Source: a virus
Reading direction: 5' to 3' (one strand)
DNA: 64,000 bases
Virus record (IMG/VR): IMGVR_UViG_3300047095_000666
Coordinates: 1-64,000 of that record
Each line of letters opens with the position of its first letter. Positions within the stretch are counted from its first letter, which is position 1. Below, piece after piece: positions 35,614-43,985 of the stretch. Both the position numbers and the translations under genes were made by a program. The notes below the pieces were generated by a model. The model made no database searches. It had not been told where the DNA came from and worked only from the letters and a program-made list of their open reading frames with translations.

Positions 35614-35940
35614 TCACTTGCAAAGCAATTTCTTGCGGTGGTCGTCGATGTCTCGGGAGAACCACTTGACGATCGACAGCATTTCCTTGAACGTGTTCTC
35701 CGACACCTCCTTGAAGGAGCTGCACTGCACCGATGGACTAGACCCATCACAGTAGAACACGTCATCCTCTTGGACGGTCCTGTGACCGTACCACTTAGAT
35801 AATATATCGTCGATCACCGTTTGGAGGAATTCCTCCGCCTCCTCCGTCTCGCAGGAGATCCGGACGATGATCGTGACGTTGCTGCTCGACTCGCCGTGAC
35901 CTTCGATGAGGGAGACGGCGTAGTGCTTGCGGATCTTCAT
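35614..35940 (-). CDS. Hypothetical protein; paralog of 35937-36263
   Basis: AVSLIEGHGE..EAEEFL..ID..LSKWYG. Confidence 0.7.
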   Translation of the reverse strand: MKIRKHYAVSLIEGHGESSSNVTIIVRISCETEEAEEFLQTVIDDILSKWYGHRTVQEDDVFYCDGSSPSVQCSSFKEVSENTFKEMLSIVKWFSRDIDDHRKKLLCK

Positions 35941-36263
35941 TCCATTAGCCTCGCTTTCCTCACCTCGTCGATGTCGTATATCTCAGTGTACATGAAACCC
36001 TTGAGGTCGTCGAACGTACTCTCCAGAATCTCCTTCTTGTTTTTCAGGTACACGAAGTAGGAGTCGTCGGACTTGCAGAACGAGTCTCCGTCCCGGTAGG
36101 TGCCGTCGCCGTACCAGTCTGACATGGTTCCATCGATCATCTCGTCGAGGAACTGTTCGGCCTCGAAGTCCTCGCAGGTCAGGTGGAAGAGCCGGAAGAG
36201 GCTCTCCTCGATGTCTCCGTGCGCCTCGGTGAACTTCACCGCGAAGTAGCGATCACGTTTCAT
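35937..36263 (-). CDS. Hypothetical protein; paralog of 35614-35940
   Basis: AVKFTEAHGD..EAEQFL..ID..MSDWYG; GGAG SD. Confidence 0.7.
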   Translation of the reverse strand: MKRDRYFAVKFTEAHGDIEESLFRLFHLTCEDFEAEQFLDEMIDGTMSDWYGDGTYRDGDSFCKSDDSYFVYLKNKKEILESTFDDLKGFMYTEIYDIDEVRKARLME

Positions 36264-36672
36264 TTGGGTGCTCCCAGAGAGGGACAAAGAGCTTCTTACC
36301 TTCCAGCGGAGTTATCGCGTTCAGCATCTTGAACGTGAACTCGGCGTAGAAGAATGGGTGGAAGTGGCCAAGACGCAGCATGACATCTGGGTCCGTACAT
36401 CGCCCGACTTGGATGCTGGCGTCCAAGACGAGACGCTTGTTCTTCAGCGTGATCAGCTCGGTGCTGATCTTGTGGAGCATAGAAGCCGTCTCCATCTTGC
36501 TGGTCGTCAGCCCGTTCATCTGCTCGAATATGATCTTCCCGATCAGCTTGGCATAGATGAAGTCGATGTCCTCCTCGTGGACACGGTTTTTGTTGACGCG
36601 TATGATTTTGACGTAGTTCTCCAACACGGCTGTCAAGTCGCACAGCGGTGGACTGAAGTTAGGTCTCTCCAT
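36253..36672 (-). CDS. Hypothetical protein
   Basis: GAAAGGAA SD before ATG 36672; early motif at ~36748-36759. Confidence 0.7.
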   Translation of the reverse strand: MERPNFSPPLCDLTAVLENYVKIIRVNKNRVHEEDIDFIYAKLIGKIIFEQMNGLTTSKMETASMLHKISTELITLKNKRLVLDASIQVGRCTDPDVMLRLGHFHPFFYAEFTFKMLNAITPLEGKKLFVPLWEHPNET

Positions 36673-36821
36673 TTCGTTTCCTTTCGTGAACTTTCTTACT
36701 GCTGTTGAGTTAGCCCCCTCGCGCGAATAATACTTATATTCTTTTATATTATATATAAGGGAACTTCGTTTCACCCTTACAAAAAAAGTGAGGGATCATG
36801 TAGAACGATCCCTCACGCGAA

Positions 36822-37229
36822 TCACAAGGACTCGCAGTACTTCGGAAGAGCGATGCCGTAAAGATCTTCAGCCATCGTGATGATGAGGTTGAGCTTCAAC
36901 CAACTCACTCTGCCTCCCTGGATGAGCTTGTCATCCTTGATCACAGACTCCATGAAAGCAGTCATACCGTGAAGTTCCTCCAGAGCCTTGTACGCCTGAT
37001 CCGGGTCTCGACAGGTCTTCTCCTCCATCTCTCGCTCGATCATGGAGTAGAAGTTGTCTAGGACGTCGTACTGGCTCTCAAGCTCGGAAAGAACCATGTC
37101 GAGGTTCTTTCGGTTGTTCCCAACCATCAAGTCGAGACTACCGAAGCCCATCTTGCCGACGATCCCTCTCTGGCTCTTCAGCGCATCCACGTACTTTTGG
37201 ATGTCCTGATCTAGCTTCTGGAGATGCAT
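36822..37229 (-). CDS. Hypothetical protein (MHLQKLDQ...)
   Basis: GGAGG SD, TGATG overlap with the vWA gene stop. Confidence 0.7.
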   Translation of the reverse strand: MHLQKLDQDIQKYVDALKSQRGIVGKMGFGSLDLMVGNNRKNLDMVLSELESQYDVLDNFYSMIEREMEEKTCRDPDQAYKALEELHGMTAFMESVIKDDKLIQGGRVSWLKLNLIITMAEDLYGIALPKYCESL

Positions 37230-38485
37230 CACTTGTCCTCCGGGATGTAAACCACCACGTCTCCAAACGGGAACTTCTCCGGGTCGAGACAACCCTTCGG
37301 AGTCACCCAGATCACGTCGAAGTCCGGAGGCACTTCGGGGAATGCTCCCCATCCATCCGTGCAGTACACCATCACCTTGACGTCCGGCTTGTTCTCCTGT
37401 ACCCACCGGATTGCCGGGATGAACGAGGTGCCTCCGCCTCCGGTACCCTTCGGGATGTTGTCTTGGAAGGACTCGCCAAAGGAGTAGTTGTACACGGCAT
37501 CCACGTTGCAGTCGGCCTCGATCAGGGTGAGGTCGTAGCTGTCGAAAGCCTCGAAGATGTGTTGCAGTTCTCCGTAGATTTCCGGGAGGTAGCTGAGCAT
37601 GGACCCGGAGGTGTCCACCGCTAGGGCGACGTCGATGTGCTCTCCTTGAACCGACGGCATGACCATGTTCAGGTGGAAGAACCGCTTGTTCGGCGGGTTC
37701 AGCTGGTACACCGACTTGTACATGTTCATGACGTAGTTGTTGAGCGTCTCGCGCCAATCGACTTTTTCCTCGGTGCTGATCAGCGATTCGAGACACTTTA
37801 CCGCGCCGGAGATGTCGCCGCGCTGCTTCGCAGAGATGATCTCTTTTTCAAGTCGGTTCTTCCACTGACCTTCAAGGTTCTTGGCTTCGGCATCTCCGAC
37901 CATCGTCTTCAGCAGTTCGCCGGGGATGTGGTCATCGACGAGAGTCTTGCCTCCGGGGATCATCGGCATGGAGCCAGCGCCGCTGCCTCCGGGGATTGGA
38001 ACCTGTTGCCAGTTCTTGCTCTCTTGGGCCAGCTCGGAGTATACGACCTCGACCGTCTTGCCGAAGTACTTGGCGTCGTACAGGGCCTGTTTCGGCATCC
38101 GCATGAAGCACTTCTTGCTAGCTTTCGCCGCCTCGTCGATCACCGCTTGGATCAGGTAGTTCACCACGTAGTCGCAGGCGACATTCCACAGGGTGATCCG
38201 GTTGCCCATAGAATCGACGACGATGATGTTGCGGCCACCCTGACGGTACGGGTTAGCGTGGCCGAGAGCTGCATGGAGCACCTCGTGAGCGACGATGAAG
38301 GTCAGCTCTTCCTCTGGGAGAGTCTTGACGAACTCGTCGTTGTAGTACATTTTCTTGGCGTCAGTCGCCATCGTCGGAATCGTCTTGGACTCGACTCGCT
38401 GGAGGGAGCAAGCGAGGTTGCCGAACATCCGGTAGCTGAACAGCATCCGGAAGATCGACTTCTTGATCATTTCATCTGATTTCAT
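37229..38485 (-). CDS. DUF2201-type metallopeptidase-vWA protein
   Basis: TMATD, AHEVLH (HExxH), VDTSGSM (MIDAS), GGGGTSF, YCTDGW. Confidence 0.9.
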   Translation of the reverse strand: MKSDEMIKKSIFRMLFSYRMFGNLACSLQRVESKTIPTMATDAKKMYYNDEFVKTLPEEELTFIVAHEVLHAALGHANPYRQGGRNIIVVDSMGNRITLWNVACDYVVNYLIQAVIDEAAKASKKCFMRMPKQALYDAKYFGKTVEVVYSELAQESKNWQQVPIPGGSGAGSMPMIPGGKTLVDDHIPGELLKTMVGDAEAKNLEGQWKNRLEKEIISAKQRGDISGAVKCLESLISTEEKVDWRETLNNYVMNMYKSVYQLNPPNKRFFHLNMVMPSVQGEHIDVALAVDTSGSMLSYLPEIYGELQHIFEAFDSYDLTLIEADCNVDAVYNYSFGESFQDNIPKGTGGGGTSFIPAIRWVQENKPDVKVMVYCTDGWGAFPEVPPDFDVIWVTPKGCLDPEKFPFGDVVVYIPEDK

Positions 38486-39816
38486 AGCTTACTCCTCAAT
38501 AGGTAGTGGTGGGTGTTGAGCAGCCTGAGAACGGCATCGCCGTGTACTGCGTCGAATTTCGTGGAGTATGACCTGATTGCGAATTGGAACCTTGCAGCAA
38601 TGCACTCGTCCAGTTTCCGCACCAGTCTGTCTCTCTCGGTCCAGTCTCCGGCGAGCGCCTTTTTGACTATCTCCTCCAACTTTTCCTTCATCGAGCTGGT
38701 CGCGTTGTACGAAGGAGACTCAGTGGAGCAGACGTCTAGGACGTACTGAATCGGGTCTGAGCTGATCTCGGCGATCAGCAGCTGGAGCATCTCTCTCACC
38801 GAGGAAAGACAAGTATTGTGCGAGACCTTCGGTCCGATAGCCATGATCTGCTCCTTGGCGTATGAGTCCAGCTCCGCCTTCTTGGAGAGGTACTTTAGCG
38901 CACTCGTGAGCATCTTGGTCGTGCCAGATTCGTCTCCGCTGAAGGAGTACGGAGTCGCGCTCCCCCACCAGATCGTGTTCTGGAGGATCTTCTGGATGAT
39001 TCGGGCGACTGTCGACGTCATGTGCCGAATGTGACTCGGGTCGTTTCCAAGGACGCTTATCGAGTGAGTAAGGATCTTGTTTGCCACCTGACGGAGCGTG
39101 ATGTCTCTGACATCGATGTCATTCGGGTTCTGACCGAAGTACTTGCCATCGATGTATGATAGAGTCCACTCCGCAATCCTCTCGATAGTGCCTGCCCTCT
39201 GGATGTTGCCGAGCGCAATCCCGAAGAAGAAAGAGTACGACGGGTCATGACGCTGGAAGGTCTTGACAGCTTTCACCTTGCTGCGCTTACGCTGTTTGGT
39301 GAAGTACGAGTGGTACTCAAAGGAGCAACCGATAGAATCCTCCGTGGAGTACTCCGAGCAGAGTTTTAGAAGATGAATTCGAGTCTCGTCTTCTATGTCG
39401 AACCGGATCCTCTGGATGAAGTTCCTGTTGTCGATGTCGCTTGTCTCGTGCCACAGCACCGTACTCATGGTGCTCTCGTAGAACTCGGACAGCATCCCCG
39501 GAGCGGTGATGTACTTGACGCTGTACTTGCTCTTGTCGAGATCCCCGACGTCGACATTGCCGACGCGTAGGAGCAGGTTGCTTACCAGCAGGTTCTCCTT
39601 GTAAAAGTTGAGATCGACCGGCTTGCTGGCTGAGTTCTTGATCGGGTTCTGGAGGAATCCGATCTTGTTGATCGAGCGCAGCACGTTGTTCACGGTCAGC
39701 CTCTCTCCGTGCATGCGCTTGAGCAGCGTATAGATCTTGTTGAAATCGTTGCTGAGAGTGAAGTCCAGATCCTGGAGCATAGAAATTCTCGCAACGTCTT
39801 CGATGATTCCTTCCAT
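38482..39816 (-). CDS. Hypothetical protein between the MoxR and vWA genes
   Basis: 444 aa ORF; ATGA overlap with the vWA gene. Confidence 0.8.
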   Translation of the reverse strand: MEGIIEDVARISMLQDLDFTLSNDFNKIYTLLKRMHGERLTVNNVLRSINKIGFLQNPIKNSASKPVDLNFYKENLLVSNLLLRVGNVDVGDLDKSKYSVKYITAPGMLSEFYESTMSTVLWHETSDIDNRNFIQRIRFDIEDETRIHLLKLCSEYSTEDSIGCSFEYHSYFTKQRKRSKVKAVKTFQRHDPSYSFFFGIALGNIQRAGTIERIAEWTLSYIDGKYFGQNPNDIDVRDITLRQVANKILTHSISVLGNDPSHIRHMTSTVARIIQKILQNTIWWGSATPYSFSGDESGTTKMLTSALKYLSKKAELDSYAKEQIMAIGPKVSHNTCLSSVREMLQLLIAEISSDPIQYVLDVCSTESPSYNATSSMKEKLEEIVKKALAGDWTERDRLVRKLDECIAARFQFAIRSYSTKFDAVHGDAVLRLLNTHHYLLRSKL

Positions 39817-39872
39817 TTTTCATCCTTCAAAAAAAGTCGAGAACGCCGCTAGGACGCTCTCGGTTCGTTACA

Positions 39873-40961
39873 TCAGCTTGCCAGAGGGATCAGGTGCTTG
39901 ACGCGGTCGTAGAAGACCTCGAAACGCTTCTTCACCTTCTCGGACTTGCTGCCGATGATGGGCAGCTTGTTGCCGGTGAACTCCTTGAACGCGGCGACGC
40001 GCAGCTCGTCTTGCGGGATCTTCTCCAGATAGCGGTACACTGCGAGGAGCATGTCCTCGGTCGGCGGCTTCTTGAGACTCTGGAAGTGATACACCAGAGC
40101 TGTGTTGATGCCGTAGATGGCCGAAGTGTCTTCCGGCAGGTCGTAGTTCTTGTTCATGTCGAGGACGGTGGCGGTGTCCACGACACCGTTCAGCAGCTCC
40201 ATGTAAGCCCAGAAGTCCAGACCGGCACCCTCGCCTACGGTGCCGAAGATCGTCTCGCGCTTCTCTGCGTCGGGCAGGTTGAAGTCGAGGATCTTAGACA
40301 CGTACTCCCAGGTCCGGGGGCTCGGGAAAGCCTTGGACTTGGAAGCGGGGTCGAACTTGTGCAGCAGGTCTTCGCGGAAGCCGAGGAAGCCGAGGATGGA
40401 TTTGTCCATCTTGTTCTCGTAAGCCCACGGCTTCCACTTCTCGAAGGAGACCTCCAGTTCAAGGTGGATCATCCGGTTGGCGAGCGGAGCCGCCATCTTA
40501 AAGACAATGCCTTTGTCGTTCTCACGGTTACCAGCACCGATGATCGAAGCACCTTCCGGGAGGACGTAGTCGCCGATGCGGCGGTCGAGGATGAGCTGGT
40601 AAGCAGCAGCTTGGATCAGCGGAGGAGCAGAGGACAGCTCGTCGAGCATGATCACGCCCATCCAGTCCGGATCGGTCGGCAGCATCGCCGGGGTCAGCCA
40701 GACCGCTTGTTGGGTCTTCGGATTCGGGTACAGGATGCCGCGCAGGTCGCTCGGCTCCAGCTGGGACAGTCGGATGTCGATGTGCTCGAACTTCTGACCT
40801 TCGTAGTCTTCGCCCAGCTCCTTCTTGATATCTTCTGTCATCTCGTCGGCGATCTGACGCACGATCGAGCTCTTGCCAGCGCCAGCCGGACCCCACACCA
40901 TCACGGGAAGCTTGTTCAGGATGATCTCTTTCAGGGTCGTCTTGAGGCTATCAACAAACAT
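39873..40961 (-). CDS. MoxR-like AAA+ ATPase
   Basis: WGPAGAGKS, DIRLSQLEPSDLRG, MLDEL, GAGNR, PLANR, FPSPRTWE. Confidence 0.9.
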   Translation of the reverse strand: MFVDSLKTTLKEIILNKLPVMVWGPAGAGKSSIVRQIADEMTEDIKKELGEDYEGQKFEHIDIRLSQLEPSDLRGILYPNPKTQQAVWLTPAMLPTDPDWMGVIMLDELSSAPPLIQAAAYQLILDRRIGDYVLPEGASIIGAGNRENDKGIVFKMAAPLANRMIHLELEVSFEKWKPWAYENKMDKSILGFLGFREDLLHKFDPASKSKAFPSPRTWEYVSKILDFNLPDAEKRETIFGTVGEGAGLDFWAYMELLNGVVDTATVLDMNKNYDLPEDTSAIYGINTALVYHFQSLKKPPTEDMLLAVYRYLEKIPQDELRVAAFKEFTGNKLPIIGSKSEKVKKRFEVFYDRVKHLIPLAS

Positions 40962-41068
40962 ATTCGTTCACCTTTCATTGTCGAGTTTACGATGACAGAC
41001 GGATGTCTTCATCAATTATATCATATATTTGCGACCTTCGCTTTGGAATTTTTGGCCAGCCCAGCCCC

Positions 41069-41080
41069 AACAGCTAATTA
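41069..41080 (+). promoter_or_regulatory. Putative late promoter AACA-N6-TA
   Basis: AACA GCTAAT TA at the head of the tail-fibre block. Confidence 0.65.
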
Positions 41081-41099
41081 ATTTCTTTAGTCTTTCCGG

Positions 41100-41564
41100 A
41101 TGACGATACAAATGGGAAAGTTTTATCACACTGTATCTCAATCGTCGACGGGTAGCACAGCAACCGGGACGAACACAGCGGACCCGATCATCGAACTCAA
41201 TGGCGACGTGCTCGGCTACGGCCCAGCATCAGAGGTGTTGACATCGATTGCTCCCACTGGAGTTGTACCCGGCATCTATTCTGCCGTCGAGGTAAATGAG
41301 AAAGGACAAGTCGTAAAGGGGTACACGGCGGAGGTCAACATGGGCCTTGCCATACGGAAATTCAATTTCGTCTACCCCGCTCAGAGATGGAGAGTTGTTC
41401 ACAACCTGGGAACGACAGATTTCACAGAATCCATCAAAAACAGCGAAGGGCTGAAGCTTTTCGCAAACATCAGAATAGTTGATAGCAACGAATTCTGGGT
41501 CGAACTAACGGAACCGGAAGTCGGATCGGTTGTTGTGACATTCGACTTGTCGTCTGCGGCATGA
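41100..41564 (+). CDS. Tail-fibre-associated structural protein
   Basis: GIYSAVEVNEKGQV fibre motif; WRVVHNLGT module. Confidence 0.7.
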   Translation: MTIQMGKFYHTVSQSSTGSTATGTNTADPIIELNGDVLGYGPASEVLTSIAPTGVVPGIYSAVEVNEKGQVVKGYTAEVNMGLAIRKFNFVYPAQRWRVVHNLGTTDFTESIKNSEGLKLFANIRIVDSNEFWVELTEPEVGSVVVTFDLSSAA

Positions 41565-41607
41565 TCGCAGCTGTCAATGACGTTCCCTAACCTAAAAAGG
41601 ATCCATC

Positions 41608-43416
41608 ATGGCATTTCCGAAGTTTCATGGCATTACCCTTGCCAATAACAGCTGGATCGAGAATGCTCACTTTGAGCGCCTCGCAGCTGACCCCGTGCCT
41701 GCCGCTGCTGGCCGTGTCTGGTTCAACACTACCGAGAAGAAGCTGAAGTTCTCCAGCCTCGACGCCTCCGGCGCCGTGGTTACTTATGCCTTCACGAACA
41801 CTGTTGAGCTGGCCGCTGCTCTGGCAGAAGCCAAGGCTTACTCCGACCAGATCAAGCAAGAACTGCTCGGCGGTATCCCGCCCGAGACGCTGGACACGAT
41901 CACTGAGATCGCAGGTGCTCTCCAAAACAATCCCGACATCGTCAACGTCCTGAAGCAATTCTCGACGGATGCCGTTGAAGCCGCCAAGCAAGCCATCCGT
42001 GGCGAAGTTTCCGGTGCCTTCGACACTCTGGAAGAGATCGAAGTTGCGCTGAACCGCATCGATGGTGCTGACACCGTCGAAGGTTCCTTCCGCAAGGCCG
42101 TTCTGGACGAAGCGAATGCTCGCTCCTCCGGCGACCAGAACCTTCAGAACCAGATCGGCGCACCGGTCTCCCTGACCACCGACGCCAAGGGCAACCTCGT
42201 TGCCGCGATCAACGAACTCGACGCTCACGTCGATGCTGAAGTTGCTCGTGCTACCGCTGCTGAAACCGCTCTGGATGACCGTGTTACCACGGTCGAAGGT
42301 CAAGTCAACGGCAAGATCGGCGACCTGACCACCCTGCACACCGACGAGAAGGGCACCATCGTTGGCGCTCTGAACGAAGTGCAGGACGAGCTGGACGCTG
42401 AAGTCGCTGCCCGCACTTCCGCTGTCGCTGCCGAGAAGACTCGCGCTGAAGCTGCTGAAGCTCAGCTGACCACCGATCTGGCTGCTGAAGTTGCTCGTGC
42501 TACCGCTGCCGAGCAACAACTGACCTCCGATCTGGCCACTGAAGTCGCTGCCCGCACTTCCGCTGTCGCTGCCGAGAAGACTCGCGCTGAAGCTGCTGAA
42601 GCTCAGCTGACCACCGATCTGGCTGCTGAAGTTGCTCGTGCTACCGCTGCCGAGCAGGCCGAAGCTGCTCGTGCCCAGTCCGCTGAGCAAACCCTGACCA
42701 CCAACCTCGCCGCCGAGGTTTCCCGTGCTCAGGCTGCGGAACAGACCCTCACGACCAATCTGGCCGCTGAAGTCTCCCGCGCACAAGCTGCCGAGCAGGC
42801 CGAAGCCACCCGCGCTCAGTCTGCCGAAGCTCAGCTGACCACCGATCTGGCTGCTGAAGTCTCCAACCGTATCGCCGCTGTCGCTGCCGAGAAGACCCGC
42901 GCTGAAACCGCCGAGTCCGCTCTGCAAGCTGCCATCACCGCCGAAGCCAACCGTGCTCAAGGCGTCGAAGGCTCCCTGACCGCGCTGACCACGACTGCGA
43001 AGACCTCTCTGGTCGAGGCAATCAACGAGCTGGATTCCGATCTGGCGGCTGAAGTCTCTGCTCGCACCGCTGCGGTGGCCGCTGAGAAGACTCGTGCTGA
43101 AGCTGCTGAAGCTCAGCTCACGTCCGATCTGTCTGCCGAAGCTGCTGCTCGCGCTGCTGCCGACTCCGCTCTGAAGTCCGCGATCAACGGCCAGCACTTC
43201 ACCTTCACCTCGCCGACTGCTGCTCTGTCGCACGTCATCAACCACGGCCTGAACTCCGAACACCTGCTGTTCTCCGTTCTCGTGGAAGGTGCCGACGGCA
43301 AGTTCCGCAACGACATCGTGCCGGTGGAAGAGATCGACTACAACAACTTCCGTATCGATCTGGCTGAAGCTCGCCGCGTCAAGGTCTCCGTCAAGTCCAT
43401 GACTGCACTGGCCTGA
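41608..43416 (+). CDS. Coiled-coil tail fibre or whisker-like protein
   Basis: PETLDTITEIA motif; 11/18-residue Ala/Glu repeats; C-terminal VINHGLNS module. Confidence 0.8.
   Translation: MAFPKFHGITLANNSWIENAHFERLAADPVPAAAGRVWFNTTEKKLKFSSLDASGAVVTYAFTNTVELAAALAEAKAYSDQIKQELLGGIPPETLDTITEIAGALQNNPDIVNVLKQFSTDAVEAAKQAIRGEVSGAFDTLEEIEVALNRIDGADTVEGSFRKAVLDEANARSSGDQNLQNQIGAPVSLTTDAKGNLVAAINELDAHVDAEVARATAAETALDDRVTTVEGQVNGKIGDLTTLHTDEKGTIVGALNEVQDELDAEVAARTSAVAAEKTRAEAAEAQLTTDLAAEVARATAAEQQLTSDLATEVAARTSAVAAEKTRAEAAEAQLTTDLAAEVARATAAEQAEAARAQSAEQTLTTNLAAEVSRAQAAEQTLTTNLAAEVSRAQAAEQAEATRAQSAEAQLTTDLAAEVSNRIAAVAAEKTRAETAESALQAAITAEANRAQGVEGSLTALTTTAKTSLVEAINELDSDLAAEVSARTAAVAAEKTRAEAAEAQLTSDLSAEAAARAAADSALKSAINGQHFTFTSPTAALSHVINHGLNSEHLLFSVLVEGADGKFRNDIVPVEEIDYNNFRIDLAEARRVKVSVKSMTALA
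42398..42656 (+). repeat. 118 bp exact direct repeat (42398-42515 and 42539-42656) within a coding region
   Basis: Identical copies 141 bp (47 codons) apart. Confidence 0.85.
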
Positions 43417-43543
43417 TGAATGAAAGGAGGATGGATCGCAAAGATCCATCCTCCCTTTCTGATTGAGCGCATACGCTGTTCGTGCCTAGAGCGTTATCGG
43501 TTCTCTAGAACTCTTTTATAGAGTATTTCACAGGACCGAGCAA

Positions 43544-43840
43544 ATGCAAGATAACTATCTTGTGGTCTCAAACAAAGACCCGATGATGATCGAGTCGTTC
43601 GAGCAAGTCATTGCGGAGATCGAGGGGAGCCTCTTCAACATGAGGTTTCTTTCGTCCGAGACGAATTTCGACGACCCAGATCAGAAAAAACGCTTCAAGG
43701 ACAACGTAGTTCACCTGAAAAGGTTCTACGAGCGAGCAGAAAGGTTAGCACTCAATGAGCAGACGAATACACCCGGCACAAATGGAAGCCTGGATGCGAA
43801 AGCTCCAAAAAAGAATGTCAAAGTTCTTAAGAAACGCTAA
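43544..43840 (+). CDS. Hypothetical late protein
   Basis: AGGA SD; AACT-N6-TA at 43509-43520. Confidence 0.65.
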   Translation: MQDNYLVVSNKDPMMIESFEQVIAEIEGSLFNMRFLSSETNFDDPDQKKRFKDNVVHLKRFYERAERLALNEQTNTPGTNGSLDAKAPKKNVKVLKKR

Positions 43841-43985
43841 TGCCTCCAACGAGGAAAAGCTGGAGTTCATCCGGCTTCAGTACGGCCTTCTAGATATCGT
43901 CGTCAAGGCTCTCGACGGAAAGGTGTATTTCGTTGGATGCTCTCAGCCATCGCATCACGACGACAACTGACTTTAGGATCCAATC

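Noticed and set aside
37230-37796. N-terminal extension of the 324 aa ORF 36822-37796
   Set aside because: It is an alternate frame of the vWA gene; the true start is ATG 37229 with a GGAGG SD.
42398-42900. CRISPR-like array
   Set aside because: The repeats are in-frame coding units without unique spacers, and there are no cas genes.
43755-43970. Extra small ORF before the long fibre gene
   Set aside because: It overlaps 43544-43840, its start is ambiguous and it has no motif. Possible, but not supportable.
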